From an uncultured delta proteobacterium (GTDB lineage Bacteria; Myxococcota_A; Polyangia; Fen-1088), in NCBI GenBank assembly GCA_963767925.1, contig CAVYGB010000008.1:2048001-2112000 (forward strand): DNA of 64,000 nucleotides, read 5' to 3'. The position numbers were made by a program, and so were the translations under genes. Of the stretch, positions 38,890 to 50,255 are shown piece by piece. Under the pieces are notes generated by a model. It was not told the DNA's origin. It saw only the letters and a list, made by a program, of their open reading frames with translations, and did no database searches. Numbering within the stretch: position 1 is the stretch's first letter; every line of letters starts with the position of its first letter.

Positions 38890-39636
38890 ATGGGTCCTTA
38901 TTATCTCAAGACGTCCGAAGCCGCGGCGTACTTGCGGTACGAGACGACCTCGGCCGTCCGATCCTTGGTAGCCCGAGGTCGTCTCGTCCCCGCCGGACGG
39001 CGGGGAACGACCTGGCTGTTCCGACAAGAGGACCTCGACAATTTCGTTTGTAGTAGCGTCGCCCGCGGTTGTCTCGGGGCGCCCGAAAGGGAACGACATG
39101 CCATCGAGATGGAACGACGGAACGAAACCAACCCGGCATCGCGGAGTCATGAAGACAGCGACAGGATTCCGCGTGCGTGTCCGGGTGACGGACCCCAAGA
39201 CCGGGGCCAGAACGGAGATCAACCGCGTCTACGAAGGGATCACCCTGGCCCAGGCGGTGGCCAAGCAGGTCGGCCAAAGGCGGGAGCTGCAGGAGGTCGC
39301 GCAGCCCGGACCGGTGAGGAAGCGATTCGACGAATACGCGACCTCACTCTACGAGCGAAAGCTGGCTACCGGCCGGCTGAAGTCCGCGAAGTCGCGGGAG
39401 CGGTGGAACGACACCCTGGTCCTCCACCTCGTCCCGGCGTTCGGGGAGGTCTGGGTCGAGGAGATCCGAAGGGCGGACGTCGTGGAGTGGTTGGCGAAGC
39501 AGACAGCAAGGCGGCGGACGAAGGTGGTGGCGGGGCAGGTGAAGGATTCAGGGCCCTACTCCCCGCGGACCATCAACGGGTGGTTGTCGATCCTATTGGT
39601 CATCCTCCGGGAAGCCCGGATCGATCTCGAGCTTGA
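38890..39636 (+). CDS. Excisionase-like HTH_17 protein (domain in the first ~55 aa; ORF runs on over int)
   Basis: YLKTSEAAAYL..VRSLVARGRL..WLFRQEDLD. Confidence 0.7.
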   Translation: MGPYYLKTSEAAAYLRYETTSAVRSLVARGRLVPAGRRGTTWLFRQEDLDNFVCSSVARGCLGAPERERHAIEMERRNETNPASRSHEDSDRIPRACPGDGPQDRGQNGDQPRLRRDHPGPGGGQAGRPKAGAAGGRAARTGEEAIRRIRDLTLRAKAGYRPAEVREVAGAVERHPGPPPRPGVRGGLGRGDPKGGRRGVVGEADSKAADEGGGGAGEGFRALLPADHQRVVVDPIGHPPGSPDRSRA

Positions 39637-40330
39637 TCACGACGCGACCGAGGGCGTGGAGCCACTCGACACCAGCACACGACCCACCTACACCGAAGAG
39701 GAGCCGAACAACCTGACCCTGGAGGAGCTACCGCGCTTCCTGGCGAAGGCCCGGGAACTCTACCCGCAACACTATGCCATGTTGGTCTTGGGCTTCTCGA
39801 CTGGTCGGCGGCCATCGGAGTTGAGGGCGCTTCGACGGAAGGGAGGGGAGCCGGACATCCTGTGGGCGGCGGGGGAGGTGCTGGTCCGGCGGTCGGTCAC
39901 CCTGGGGGAGGCGATGGAGCGGACCAAGACTGGCAAGCGGCTGCGGATTCCTCTCCCCGAGGACATCGTAGCTATCCTTGAATCGCACGCTAGGGGGTTG
40001 AAGGGACTGCAAGCCGAATCGGACTTACAGTTCCCCTCGACCAAGGGCGGCTTCCGCTCCGGCTCGTGTCTCGACAAGCCGATCGCGGCCATCGCCAAGG
40101 CAGCCGGGATCAGCAAGCACCTCACGGCGAGGTGCATGCGCCGGACCTTCCAGGACCTGGGTCGGGCGGCGGGTGTTGAGGCCATAGTGGTGCGAGCGAT
40201 CAGCGGCCACGCCACGGCGTCCATGCAGGACCACTACTCCACGGTCGCGGGTTCGGAGGTTCGGGCGGGTCTGGAGCGGATGGCGGTACTGGCGGGCCTT
40301 CGGGCTCCGGTGGTGCAGCAGGCGGCGTGA
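39098..40330 (+). CDS. int: Tyrosine integrase
   Basis: TGRRPSEL (R), TKTG (K), RCMRRT (variant HxxR), SGH, HY; adjacent to attR. Confidence 0.93.
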   Translation: MPSRWNDGTKPTRHRGVMKTATGFRVRVRVTDPKTGARTEINRVYEGITLAQAVAKQVGQRRELQEVAQPGPVRKRFDEYATSLYERKLATGRLKSAKSRERWNDTLVLHLVPAFGEVWVEEIRRADVVEWLAKQTARRRTKVVAGQVKDSGPYSPRTINGWLSILLVILREARIDLELDHDATEGVEPLDTSTRPTYTEEEPNNLTLEELPRFLAKARELYPQHYAMLVLGFSTGRRPSELRALRRKGGEPDILWAAGEVLVRRSVTLGEAMERTKTGKRLRIPLPEDIVAILESHARGLKGLQAESDLQFPSTKGGFRSGSCLDKPIAAIAKAAGISKHLTARCMRRTFQDLGRAAGVEAIVVRAISGHATASMQDHYSTVAGSEVRAGLERMAVLAGLRAPVVQQAA

Positions 40331-40350
40331 AGGGTGATCGAAGGGTGATC
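40330..40350 (+). promoter_or_regulatory. Tandem AAGGGTGATC x2, putative arm-type sites
   Basis: Copies at 40330-40339 and 40341-40350. Confidence 0.7.
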
Positions 40351-40405
40351 AGCGCCCTACTCAGACTGAAAACTGAATAGAAACCGCGGGGTTGATACTG
40401 CCGCT

Positions 40406-40453
40406 CCACCTTCACACGGTGGAAGTCGCAGGTTCAATCCCTGCAACGCCCAC
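40406..40453 (+). repeat. attR core (tRNA-Val 3' duplication)
   Basis: 48-bp identity with 4190-4237; the tRNA 5' half is absent. Confidence 0.96.
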
Positions 40454-41119
40454 TTCAGATGCCAGGAACATCGGCCGGTTAGGCATGGCGCCCTACCCGG
40501 CCGATTTCATTTCGTCACCCAGCAGACCACCACACATCCCACGGCGCACCGCCCGTCTGGCCGCTCGCTCCCGCGCTCGATTCCGGCCGGGGTCTTCACG
40601 AATCGCCTGGGGACGCGTTTTTCTTGGTCCCGATCGTCGTCCGGGTCAGTCATGTAGGTGTATGGGCATCGTGACCCACGAGACGTCCACTCACGTGCGG
40701 TGGCACTCCGGACCCGCGCCAGATCGTATTCGCGCATATCCCGGCCGAGAACCGCACAGCTTCCATGAAGCGACAGTCGGACGTGCGGTCCCGGGTCCCG
40801 GTCCTGGGCGCTCAGCGTGAGGTCGAAGGGCACGCCGACGGGGACGCCCTTCTGGGTAAATCGCCCGCTGCCGGGATCGAACCCCCACCCTCGTCCAGCA
40901 CCTGCCCTTCGATCGCCACGCCACCGCGAGACAGGCGCAAGATGATCCGGTGCCGTCCGCCGGGCGCCAACAGGAAGGACGACGAGTAGGCTGACGCCCA
41001 GCGATCGTCCGCCGCCGTGACCAGGTAGCGGGCATTGCGTCCACCTCGTTGCCGAATCGGCGGGAGACCCGCCGCGGCCCCCGCGCTGCTCCCCGGTGCG
41101 CCCGAGCCGAGCCGGAACC

Positions 41120-41733
41120 TGTCAACGAGAATGAGAGCACCAACCTTGAAGTTTGCGCTCGCGCCTCCTCGGTCGCGGGGATGGGTTTGGGTGGGTTGAT
41201 CCAGACGGTCTCGGGCGGCCGGCGTGGTGTCGGCGCCCCGTGAACGAAGCGCTCGGGGTTGGCGGCGTAGGCGCTGTCGAGGACACGGGCGCGATGAGCG
41301 AGGCGGTGGTCGACAAGGCCGTGGTGGACATCGTGAGGCGTGAGGAGCGCCAGGCGGCTGTGATGGTGCTGAGTGTTGTACCAGGCGAAGAACTCGCGCA
41401 GGAACTGGCGGGCGTGCTCGATCGACGCAAACCGCTCGGGGAAGTGTGGCCGGTACTTGAGGGTCTTGAACTGCGCCTCCGAGAACGGATTGTCGTCAGA
41501 GACGTGCGGCCGGGAGTGGCTCTTGGCCACGTCGAGCGCGACGAGCAACGAGGCCACGGAGTGCGAGGCCATCGCGGGGCCGTTGTCGGAATGTACTCGG
41601 CGGTGAACGACCGCCGCCTTGCCTTGCTCACGACCTCGGTATCCTGGGCCAACCCGGTATGCATTCCTATCCGTTCCCGACTCGCCCTTCGACACTAAAT
41701 TTCGGTGCGGCGTTGTCTCAGGTCACGTTGGCA
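41120..41733 (-). mobile_element. Internally deleted IS3-family element
   Basis: Imperfect IRs TGTCAACGAGAATGAGA / TGCCAACGTGACCTGAGA; orfA start (ARRRSFTAEY) joined to orfB C-terminus (HSDNG..SRPHVSDDNPFSEAQFKTLKY). Confidence 0.8.
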
Positions 41734-42290
41734 GATAGGGGGATCGCCATCGTGCGAAAGTAGCCAGGGTCGACGAAGAGCATCTGCATCCGGGGCCGCT
41801 GCTCGGGTGGCACCTCGGTCTGCCCGTCCAGCAGGAAGGGAGCGTCCCCCCCGGATGTTGTCGAGCGGGCCCTGCGAGGCGAGGCTGGCGCTGGTCACGC
41901 CGGGAAGCGCGCGGACCTGCTCGATCCACCGTTCGCTGATCTGAATCTGCTGCTCGATGCGGGGGTGTTTCCTCTCCAGCAGGCCCAGGTCGAAGGTGAT
42001 CAGATGCTCGGCGGAGAAGCCGAGCTCGGTGCGCACCAGGCGGCTCACGGTCTGAAAGATCAGGCCCGCACCCACGAGCAGCATCAGCGTCAGGGCGATC
42101 TGTCCGACGACCAGCGCCTGTCGCAGGCGCACGCGATCTGGCCGGGCGGCGGCGTCGAGCCGCATGGCCTGCTGCAGGTCCTTGCGTCTGGCCTGCAGCG
42201 CGGGGACGAGGCCGAAGACGATCCCCGTGACGATGGCGGTCGCGGCCGCGCAGACGACCACCCGGGTGTCCACGCTCAGGCTCGACGGCC
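41734..42290 (-). pseudogene. Fragment of duplicated ABC permease (MacB/FtsX, ADOP-like)
   Basis: GIVFGLVPALQA..LRQALVVGQIALTLMLLVGAGL; truncated at both ends. Confidence 0.75.
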
Positions 42291-42299
42291 GCGGGATCC

Positions 42300-43805
42300 G
42301 CCCACGACGCGTTTACCTGGACCGACCAGAACTTTCGACCGCCGTCCCCTGCGGACGGTGTCATCTACGAGATGCACGTCGGCACGTTCACGCCCGAGGG
42401 GACGTTCGATTCGGCCGTTTCCCGTCTGGAGCATCTCACCGAGCTCGGCGTCACACACGTCGAGCTGATGCCGGTGGCCGCCTTCCCGGGCGAGCGGGGC
42501 TGGGGGTACGATGGCGTCGACCTGTATGCGCCGCACGCATCTTATGGCGGACCACTCGCTCTCAAGCGCCTGGTGGATGCCTGTCACCAGCGGGGGCTGG
42601 CGGTGGTGCTCGACGTCGTCTACAACCATCTCGGTCCGTCCGGGAACTACCTGGCCGAGTTCGGTCCATATTTCACCGACCGCTACCGGACTCCGTGGGG
42701 GACTGCCGTCAACCTCGACGGCCCGGACTCGGATGAGGTCCGCCGGTTTTTCGTCGACAACGCCCTCCACTGGATTCGCGATTTTCACATCGATGGGCTT
42801 CGGCTCGACGCCGTTCATGCCCTGGTGGATATCTCGGCGGTCCACTTTCTCGAGGAGCTGGCCGGCGCGGTCCACGAGCTGGGAGCCAGGCTGGGCCGTC
42901 CTGCCGTCGTCGTGGCGGAGAGCGACCTGAACGATCCTCGGCTGGTCCGCTCGGAGGACGCTGGAGGCTACGGCCTCGATGCGATGTGGGCGGACGGATT
43001 TCATCACGCCTTGCACGCCGCCTTGACTGGAGAGCGATCTGGCTATTACCAGGACTTCGCCGCGCTCGAATGCCTCGCCCGCGCGCTGAGCCGAGGACTG
43101 GTGTACGAGGGACAACGGTCGCCCCATCGTCGGCGCCGGCACGGCCGGCCGCTCGACGGCGTATCGGGACGGCGGCTGGTCAGCTTCCTGCAGAACCACG
43201 ACCAGATTGGCAACCGCGCTCGGGGCGAGCGCATCGCGCATCTGGCTGGTGTCGAGGCAGCGAAAACGGGAGCTGCCCTCCTTCTGCTCGGACCGTTCGT
43301 GCCGCTGCTCTTCCAGGGGGAAGAGTGGGCTGCATCCAGCCCGTTTCCCTACTTCACCGATCACACCGATCCTGCCCTCGCCGAGGCTGTGCGCGAGGGA
43401 CGCAGGCGGGAGTTCGCCGCCTTTGGCTGGCGGCCAGAGGAGATTCCCGACCCTCAGGCTCCGGCGACATTCGCCGCGGCCAAGTTGATCTGGAACGAGC
43501 GCGAACGGGCCCCCCACGCGGGCGTGCTCGCCTGGTTCCGCGCCCTCATCGGCCTGCGTCGATCCCTGCCGGCCCTGCGGTCCGGCCGGTTCGATCTCAA
43601 TCAGGTGCGCTTGGACGAGCAGGCCGGCTGGCTGTCCATCGAGAGGGATGGCTTGCTGCTGGCCTGTCAGCTCACTGGCCGTCCAGCCCGGCTGCCGCTG
43701 CCCGGTCCCGCCCGCGAGATTCGCTTGGTTTCGCAAGCCGGCGTGAAGATCGAGGGAAGCGACCTCCTTCTGCCACCCCATTCCGCGGCGGTTCTGCTCC
43801 GCTGA
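42300..43805 (+). pseudogene. treZ: Malto-oligosyltrehalose trehalohydrolase (GH13), 5'-truncated
   Basis: IYEMHVGTFT, WGYDGV, DVVYNH, RLDAVH, AESD, QNHDQIGNR, FQGEEW; N-terminal CBM48 region missing. Confidence 0.85.
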
Positions 43806-43909
43806 GAGCGCGCTGACTTCCGGCCGGTGCACCTGGCCGCCACCCGGGAAGGTGGTAAGGTCGTCCTCGCCTCGATGACCTACCCACCAGACGACCGGCC
43901 GAGTCGTCG

Positions 43910-44560
43910 ATGATTCGCCCGCGGCTTGGCCCACCTCGCGTGGTCGGGCTGATCGCGCTCGGCTGCTGGGCGGCCGGTTGTGCGGGCACCGATGTCCAGC
44001 GGGTCGAGGGCCGGATCGTCACCGGTATCGAGATCGTCGGAACCGACGCGGTCGCCGAAGGCGCGATCAAGAAGAAGCTCGCCACGCGGCAGACGGGCTG
44101 GTGGCCTTTCGCGAAGAAGTACCGCTTCGATCCCGTGGAGTGGCAGGTCGACCTGGAAAGGATCGAGGTACTACGAGACCCAGGGTTACTACCGAGCCGA
44201 GGTGGTCGGCTCGCAGCTGCTGGAGCAGGGGCCGGATGCGCTGGCGCTCCGGGTGGAGGTGCGAGAGCGCGAGCCGGTGCGGATAGCCGACCTCACCGTG
44301 CGGGGTCTCGAGCTCCTGGCTCCCGGGCGCCGGGAGCTGGTGCTCGATGATCTGCCGTTGCGACCCGAAGAAGTGTTCCTGGAGAGGCGGTGGCTCCAGG
44401 CCAAGACCGTGATCATCGATCGGCTCAAGGACGATGGCCACGCGGCGGCGGCCCTGGTGGGAGAGGCGAGGCTGGATCTGCGGGGGAATCGGGGGCAGCT
44501 GGATCTCCTGGTCGACCCTGGTCCCAGCTACCGCTTCGGGCAGGTGATCGTGAACGCTGG
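43910..44560 (+). pseudogene. TamA/BamA POTRA-domain remnant (frameshifted, truncated)
   Basis: Lipobox AGC; DLERI..YYETQGYYRA; VDPGPSYRFG; no beta-barrel. Confidence 0.65.
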
Positions 44561-46249
44561 ATCTGCAGGCCGCGGTGCAGGATCTGGTCGCCGCCGGGCA
44601 TCCGGTGGGCGCCGTCGATCTGGCGGTGGTGGCCGCACCCGGGTCGCCCCTGACCGCGGATCTGCGCGTCCGCACCCTGGGCCGCACCGGAACGGTGAGC
44701 CTGCGCGCTCCCGTCGATCTAGGCGAGCTGCTGCGCAGGCCCCGACCCGCCAGCCGGTTTTACGACCAGCCGTTCGAAGCCCACGCACCCACCGACGCCC
44801 GCCTGGAGGTCCAGGCGCGCGACAGCGCCCAGGGATTGACGGCGCAGCTTTCGGTGAGCCGGGCGGACCGGACGCTGGCCAGCCTCCGCGCTTCGGTGGC
44901 CCTGGCCACCACCCAGCTCGCCGACCGAGCGGCGCTGGCGCGGGCCCCGCTCTCGCTGGACAGCCAGATCGGCCCCCTCGACCTGCAGCGCCTGGTAGCG
45001 CCGGCGGGCGCTCGCGGGCAGCGAGCTGGACTCCTGGGCGGTCGCGCGCAGGCCCGGGTCCAGCTCGAGGGAACCCTGGGCGCGCCACGGCTCACGGCGA
45101 GCGCCCGGGTGGACGGCGTGTCTCTTCAGGGCGTACCGCTGGGCCGGGCTCACCTGCGGCTCCACTACGCCGACCAGCAACCCCGTCTGGAGCTGCGACT
45201 CGACGGCGAGGACGGGGGCTACCTGGAGCTGACCGCGAACAGCCGGGTGGACCTCGGCTATCCACTGCCCCCGGGCGGACCTGGCCTGCGCACCCTTCCG
45301 GTGACGGCCCGGCTGCGCGCGGATCGATACGACCTCACGCCGCTTGCAGGCCTGAGCGACCAGGTCCGGGTGGTCGAGGGGCGTCTCGCCGCGCAGGCGG
45401 ACATCGCGGGCCCCCTCGGCGCACCCCGGGTGCAGGGCCGCCTGGAATGGAAGGACGGCCGGCTGGTCAGCGAGAACGGACCGGACGGCCGCCCGACCGC
45501 GCCGGCGGACCGGGTTGCCGAGCTGCGGGTGAGAGCGCCCAGGAACCTCTAAGTTCGGGGCCCGGACATCAATCTGGAGCTCGGCCTGGGACCCGAGTTC
45601 GTGCTGCTCACCCACCCCGAGCCGTCGATCTTCGGGACGGTCCTGGTCCGGCGCGGTCAGAATGGAGGTGCTGGGACGCCGCTTCGTGCTGGATGACAGC
45701 TCGCTGCTGAGATTCACCGGTCCCCCCGATCGGCCACGGCTCGAGGTCCGGGCGGTGCACCGGCCCCGCCACGCCGATCTGACCGTGGTCGTCAACCTGA
45801 GCGGTCCTGTCGATGCTCTCGAGATCGACATCACGTCCCCCGAGCGCCCCCAATACGCCCAGGCCGACCTGCTGGCAGTGGTCATGACCGGCCGGTCACC
45901 GGAAGCGCCGTCGTCGGAAGTCCCCTCTCCTTCCAGCCAGGCGGCCTCGCTTCTGGGAGGCCTGCTCGCCGACAAGCTACAGAGCACCATCATCCGCAGG
46001 CTGCCCATCGACGTCCTCAACATCGACCCCGCCAAAGGCCTCCGAGGCCTGCAGCTCGAGGCCGGCACCTACCTGGGCGACGATCTGTACATGTCCTACG
46101 TCGGCCGGTTCGGCAACGACCCGTTCCTGCGGGAGAACCAGAACGAGGTGCAGCTCGAGTACCGGCTGTCGCAACGCTGGAGCTTCGAGGCCAGCTACGG
46201 CGACGCCCGCCGCGGCTCGGCGGACATGGTCTGGACCAATCGCTACTGA
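44561..46249 (+). pseudogene. TamB remnant (frameshifts and deletions)
   Basis: Beta-taco-like repeats; C-terminal EAGTYLGDDLYMSY..LEYRLSQRWS..DMVWTNRY. Confidence 0.7.
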
Positions 46250-46314
46250 GCCGGGCACCCGCGAGCCGGGCCGCTCCGGTTGCAGCGCCCGGTCGGCACG
46301 GGTAAAAGCAGAGG

Positions 46315-47247
46315 ATGATGCTGCCGTTTCCACCCCGACGAATCCTCTGCGCCTCGGACCTGAGCGACTCTGCCGACGAGGCCATCCGACAGTCGGAAAG
46401 GTGGAGCCGCCGTCACGGGTCGGACCTCCTGCTGGTGCACGTGATTCCGGATCCGGTGCGAAGCTACCCCCTTTTTCCCCAGCGCCACCGCTCCAGCTAC
46501 ACGGAGGAGCTCCCCGATCTCGTTTCCGAAGCCGGACGCCTGCTTTCCGAGCGAGCCGCCGCGGCGACCGGTCTACCTGCTTCCAAGCTCCGGACGCTGG
46601 TGGAGATCGGCAAGCCCTACGCGGCCATCATCGCGGCCGCCGAACGGGAAAGCGCCGACCTGGTGGTCGTGGCCGGCCGGGGTGCCTCCGGCCTCCAGCG
46701 GGTCCTCCTCGGAAGCGTCGCCGAGCAGGTCGTGCGTTATGCGCCCTGCCCGGTCCTGGTGGCGCACCCCTCGCCGGAGACCGGGCACGTCCTCGCAGGC
46801 ACCGACTTCTCCGACCCGTCGCTGCCGGCTCTCGCTGCGGGCGCCATCGAGGCAAAAGCCCGCTCCGCGCGCCTGACCGCCTTCCACGCGATCGCCAACG
46901 AGCTGCCGATACCTCTGGTCGCTTTCGGCCTGGCCGCCGAAAGCTTGCTGACCGGGATGACCGAGGCCGAGCGGAAACGCAGCCAGGAGGCGGAGGAACA
47001 GCTGGCCGCATCGCTGGCCCGCGTCGGCGCGCAGGGGGACTGCCGCGTCGGACAAGGCGACCCCGCCACCGCCTTGCTGCGCGTGGCCGACGAGCTTCCG
47101 GCGGAGCTGCTGGTCGTCGGCACGCACGGCCGGACCGGGCTGCGCCGTCTGGCCCTTGGCAGCGTCGCCGAGCGCGTGGCGCGAGCCGCCGGGGTGTCGG
47201 TTCTGGTACTTCGTCTGACCGACCCGCCGACACCGGGGCGGCACTGA
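46315..47247 (+). CDS. Universal stress protein with tandem USP domains
   Basis: ILCASDLS..LLGSVAEQVVRYAPCPVLV, present twice. Confidence 0.92.
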   Translation: MMLPFPPRRILCASDLSDSADEAIRQSERWSRRHGSDLLLVHVIPDPVRSYPLFPQRHRSSYTEELPDLVSEAGRLLSERAAAATGLPASKLRTLVEIGKPYAAIIAAAERESADLVVVAGRGASGLQRVLLGSVAEQVVRYAPCPVLVAHPSPETGHVLAGTDFSDPSLPALAAGAIEAKARSARLTAFHAIANELPIPLVAFGLAAESLLTGMTEAERKRSQEAEEQLAASLARVGAQGDCRVGQGDPATALLRVADELPAELLVVGTHGRTGLRRLALGSVAERVARAAGVSVLVLRLTDPPTPGRH

Positions 47248-47427
47248 CCGGGTCCTGCAATCCGTCGCTGCCGTCCAAGATGGTGGCCAACTCAGGAGGC
47301 GACAGCCGAGCTGACCCGACCATCCTCGGCCTGCGAGCCGCCGCTTGAAACGCGCCTCGAGGTCCGATGTGCGGGAAAAGAGCCGATGACGAGCGGTCCA
47401 GGAGCGGCCTTCACAGTTTCGCTGGCC

Positions 47428-48368
47428 ATGAATCTCGACCTCCGTAGACTCCGGAAGGAGCAGAAGGCGATCCGGCGGCTGATCACCCTGGGCGCGGCGA
47501 TCACCTTCGCTGGCGGAGCTCTCGGCGCCCGGCTGATTCTCGGCTAGACCTGGACCAACTCGCTCCTGTTCGGCTCTCTGGTCATCGTCACCGGGCCGAC
47601 CGTCATCACCCCCTGCTCCGCCGCATTCACGTCGCGCGTCCCCTGCGCACCATTCTCGAAGCCGAAGGTGTGCTCATCGATGCGGTGGGGGCCATGGTGG
47701 CCGTGGTGGCGCTAGAGATCGCCGTGCGGCCCAGCGGCGCCTCGCTGGCCTTCGGCGTCTTCGACCTCACTGCCGAGGCAGCCGGACGCCGCGTTGTGCT
47801 GGGCAACGCTCTCGAGGAAAGCACCCTGCGACGCTGCAACCTCGAGACCCGCCGGGGCTTTGTCGCCCTCACCGAGAACGAGGGCATCAACTTCATCGTG
47901 GCGCGCAACGTGCGAGAGCTGTTCCAGGTCCGCAACGTCCTGGCGGCTTTCGACCGCCGGCCGGTGGGTCTGCAATCCACGATTGCCCAGGAGCACGGCC
48001 TGCATGTGCTCTTCGGCCTGGCCCGCGACCTCGAATTCTGGGGCACGCTTGCGCGCCAGGCGGAATTGTCGAACGAGCGGTTCGTCCTCGAGCACCCGGG
48101 CCAGGGCGCGGACGTCCGTGGCGTCGACGGCGGCGCCGACGAGATGAAGGCCATGTTGCTTCCGGTGCTCTACCGGCGGGGCTCTCGGGTGATCATGATG
48201 GACGAGCGCTGGGTACCGCGCAAAGCGGACACCGTCACCTTCCTGGTGGCGACCGCACGCGCGGAGCGGGCGCGCGTGCTGCTGACCCGGGGAGGCTGGC
48301 GCCGGCTGCCGGGACGGGAGCGCGCTGCCAGGCCGCCCGCGCGCGATCCGCAGCCAGCGGTGGGCTGA
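47428..48368 (+). pseudogene. Cation:proton antiporter (CPA1)-RCK remnant
   Basis: VIVTGPTVI, ILEAEGVLIDAVG; in-frame TAG near 47545; frameshift and internal deletion into an RCK-like tail. Confidence 0.65.
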
Positions 48369-48405
48369 AACGCGCCGGCCCGCAATCTCCTCAGCCGCAA
48401 CCTCC

Positions 48406-48861
48406 TCAGGAGGACTGGCGCGATCGCGCGAACATCAGGACGGCGCTCCGGAGGGCAGCGACATCGACTGGCCGGTCGAGCATCGCCAGGACCCCGAGAC
48501 GGGCCGCCTCGCCCCGGGCGTCGACGTCATCCAGCGCCACCAGGAGGATGAAATGTGGTGACAATCCCTGCTCCCTCAGCGCCCGAAGCACACTCAGACT
48601 GCCAGCCACCGGCAGGTTCAACCCGGCTATCAGCAGGGGCTCGACGGCGGCTTCCGAACCCTCGAGATAGGCGGCGGCCAGGTTGGCCATCAGGTCGCTG
48701 CCATCGCGGGCTTCAATCACCTGGTGACCATCTTCTCGCAGGACCGCCGCCAGTCGCGCGCGACCGTCCTCGTCTTCCTCGGCCAGGATGATCTCCAGGG
48801 AATACCCCGATTCCTCATCGCTGCCTGCCGAACCCGGCTGTCTCACGTGTCCGCCGTCCAT
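48406..48861 (-). CDS. Atypical single-domain response regulator
   Basis: IILAEEDE; LLIAGLNLP lacks the phospho-Asp; DRPV instead of KP. Confidence 0.65.
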   Translation of the reverse strand: MDGGHVRQPGSAGSDEESGYSLEIILAEEDEDGRARLAAVLREDGHQVIEARDGSDLMANLAAAYLEGSEAAVEPLLIAGLNLPVAGSLSVLRALREQGLSPHFILLVALDDVDARGEAARLGVLAMLDRPVDVAALRSAVLMFARSRQSS

Positions 48862-49067
48862 CTTTCCTCCGTCTGGCCAATCGCCGACCGTCGATCCAAT
48901 CGGCGATCTCACGGCCGCACGCCCGCACGGATCGCTAGGCCGCACGTCAGGAGCCCGCCGCTGGGGCGGGCGCGGCATCGCCGAGGGGCACCGCCAGCAC
49001 CGAACATGGTGCCGACTCTGCCACCATCTCGGCCGCGCTGCCAAGGAGCAGGCGGCGCAACGCCGAC

Positions 49068-49518
49068 TGGCCACGCGTGCCGACCACCACCAGCTCCGCG
49101 CCCAGTCGACCCGCCAGGCGGGCCTATTGTCGCGGTCGGCGGGCCCAGCGTTACCCGGACGTCGCCCGCGAGGTCGGACCGGGAAAGCGCCTCGGCCAGC
49201 CCGTGTCCGGCGATTTCGGCCATCGTCGCGTCAACCGTGATGGGCAAGCTGGCCGAGCTCACTCCGTCCATGATGTGGACCACGGTGAGACTCGCCCCGT
49301 ACATCCGGGCCACGGCGGCAGCGGCCCGGATGGCCGGCAGCGACGGGTCGGAGAGATCGGTCGCGGCCAGGATGGTGCGAACGACGATGGACGGCTCCGC
49401 GCGAACAATCAATACCGGACGCCTCCCAGAGACGGGCGAGCGCGTCGGCCTGGCGGATCGCCCGATCGGCAGTCGACCGTAAATCCACTCCGACCAGAAT
49501 TCTCCTTGGTTCGAACAT
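49068..49518 (-). pseudogene. USP pseudogene
   Basis: MFEPRRILVGVD and ILAATDLSDPSLPA segments lie in different frames. Confidence 0.65.
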
Positions 49519-49965
49519 ATCCACTCCTTTCCGTCGCATGGTGTGTTCAACGTCCCAGCCGCCCCGGCACCGTCGGGTTGACGAATGGTGGAATACCGAT
49601 TCACCTCAGCCGGGAGCGGCGGCCGGTCGACACGGGACATGCGGTGGCGTTCTGCCACCGGGAGGACGCGGGCGAAATCGAACGGCGTGGCGGCCAACCC
49701 AAAATCCAATATACACTCACCTCATTGGCATGCCAACCATCTTTTGGGCTCCGGAAGCTCACGTGTCGGTCGAGGTCGCCGTGGCTGTCGCCGGCTGCAC
49801 CGCGGGGTACCGCGCCTTCGGGTTCGCGGCCGGCAGCACAGCCCTCCCGCCGTCCTGACGGCCCTGCTGCTGCGGGGAGTGGTCGGTCTCGCCCGACGTG
49901 AGCGTTGTGTTAGTGAGAGCCGGCCAGGCCTTATGCTTGGCTGCCAATGACCTGCCCTCCCGTGT

Positions 49966-50251
49966 TCAGGACGCTCGCCGGTATCGGGCGAACAGCACCA
50001 CTGCCTGCCGCAGGTCGCCGAGATCGAACGGTTTGTCCAGCACCATGAGGGGACCCAGGCGTCCGGCCTCGCGATGGGTCTCGTGGCCACCGAAGGCCGT
50101 CATCAAGATGAAGTCGGGATGCCTGCCGTGCGTGTGGAACTCTCGAATCACACTGATGCCGTTCGGCGCCCGGCAGGCGCAGATCCGTGACTACCAGAGG
50201 CGTGTCCAGGGATTCCGAGCCGTCGAGATAGGCGCAGGCGAGATCGGCCAT
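49966..50251 (-). pseudogene. Receiver-domain pseudogene
   Basis: VVTDLRLPG and ILMTAFG..LDKPFD in different frames; N-terminus missing. Confidence 0.65.
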
Positions 50252-50255
50252 CAGG

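Larger units (their letters stand above)
4190..40453. mobile_element. Temperate podovirus-like prophage (~36.3 kb including two IS insertions; ~31.5 kb without)
   Basis: att direct repeats, integrase next to attR, terminase-portal-scaffold-capsid-tail synteny. Confidence 0.93.

Noticed and set aside
40406..40453. Second tRNA-Val gene
   Set aside because: Lacks the 5' acceptor strand and D-arm; it is attR
40691..41695. 334-aa intact transposase
   Set aside because: Chimeric frame across the internal deletion and the IS end; only the central part is OrfB-like
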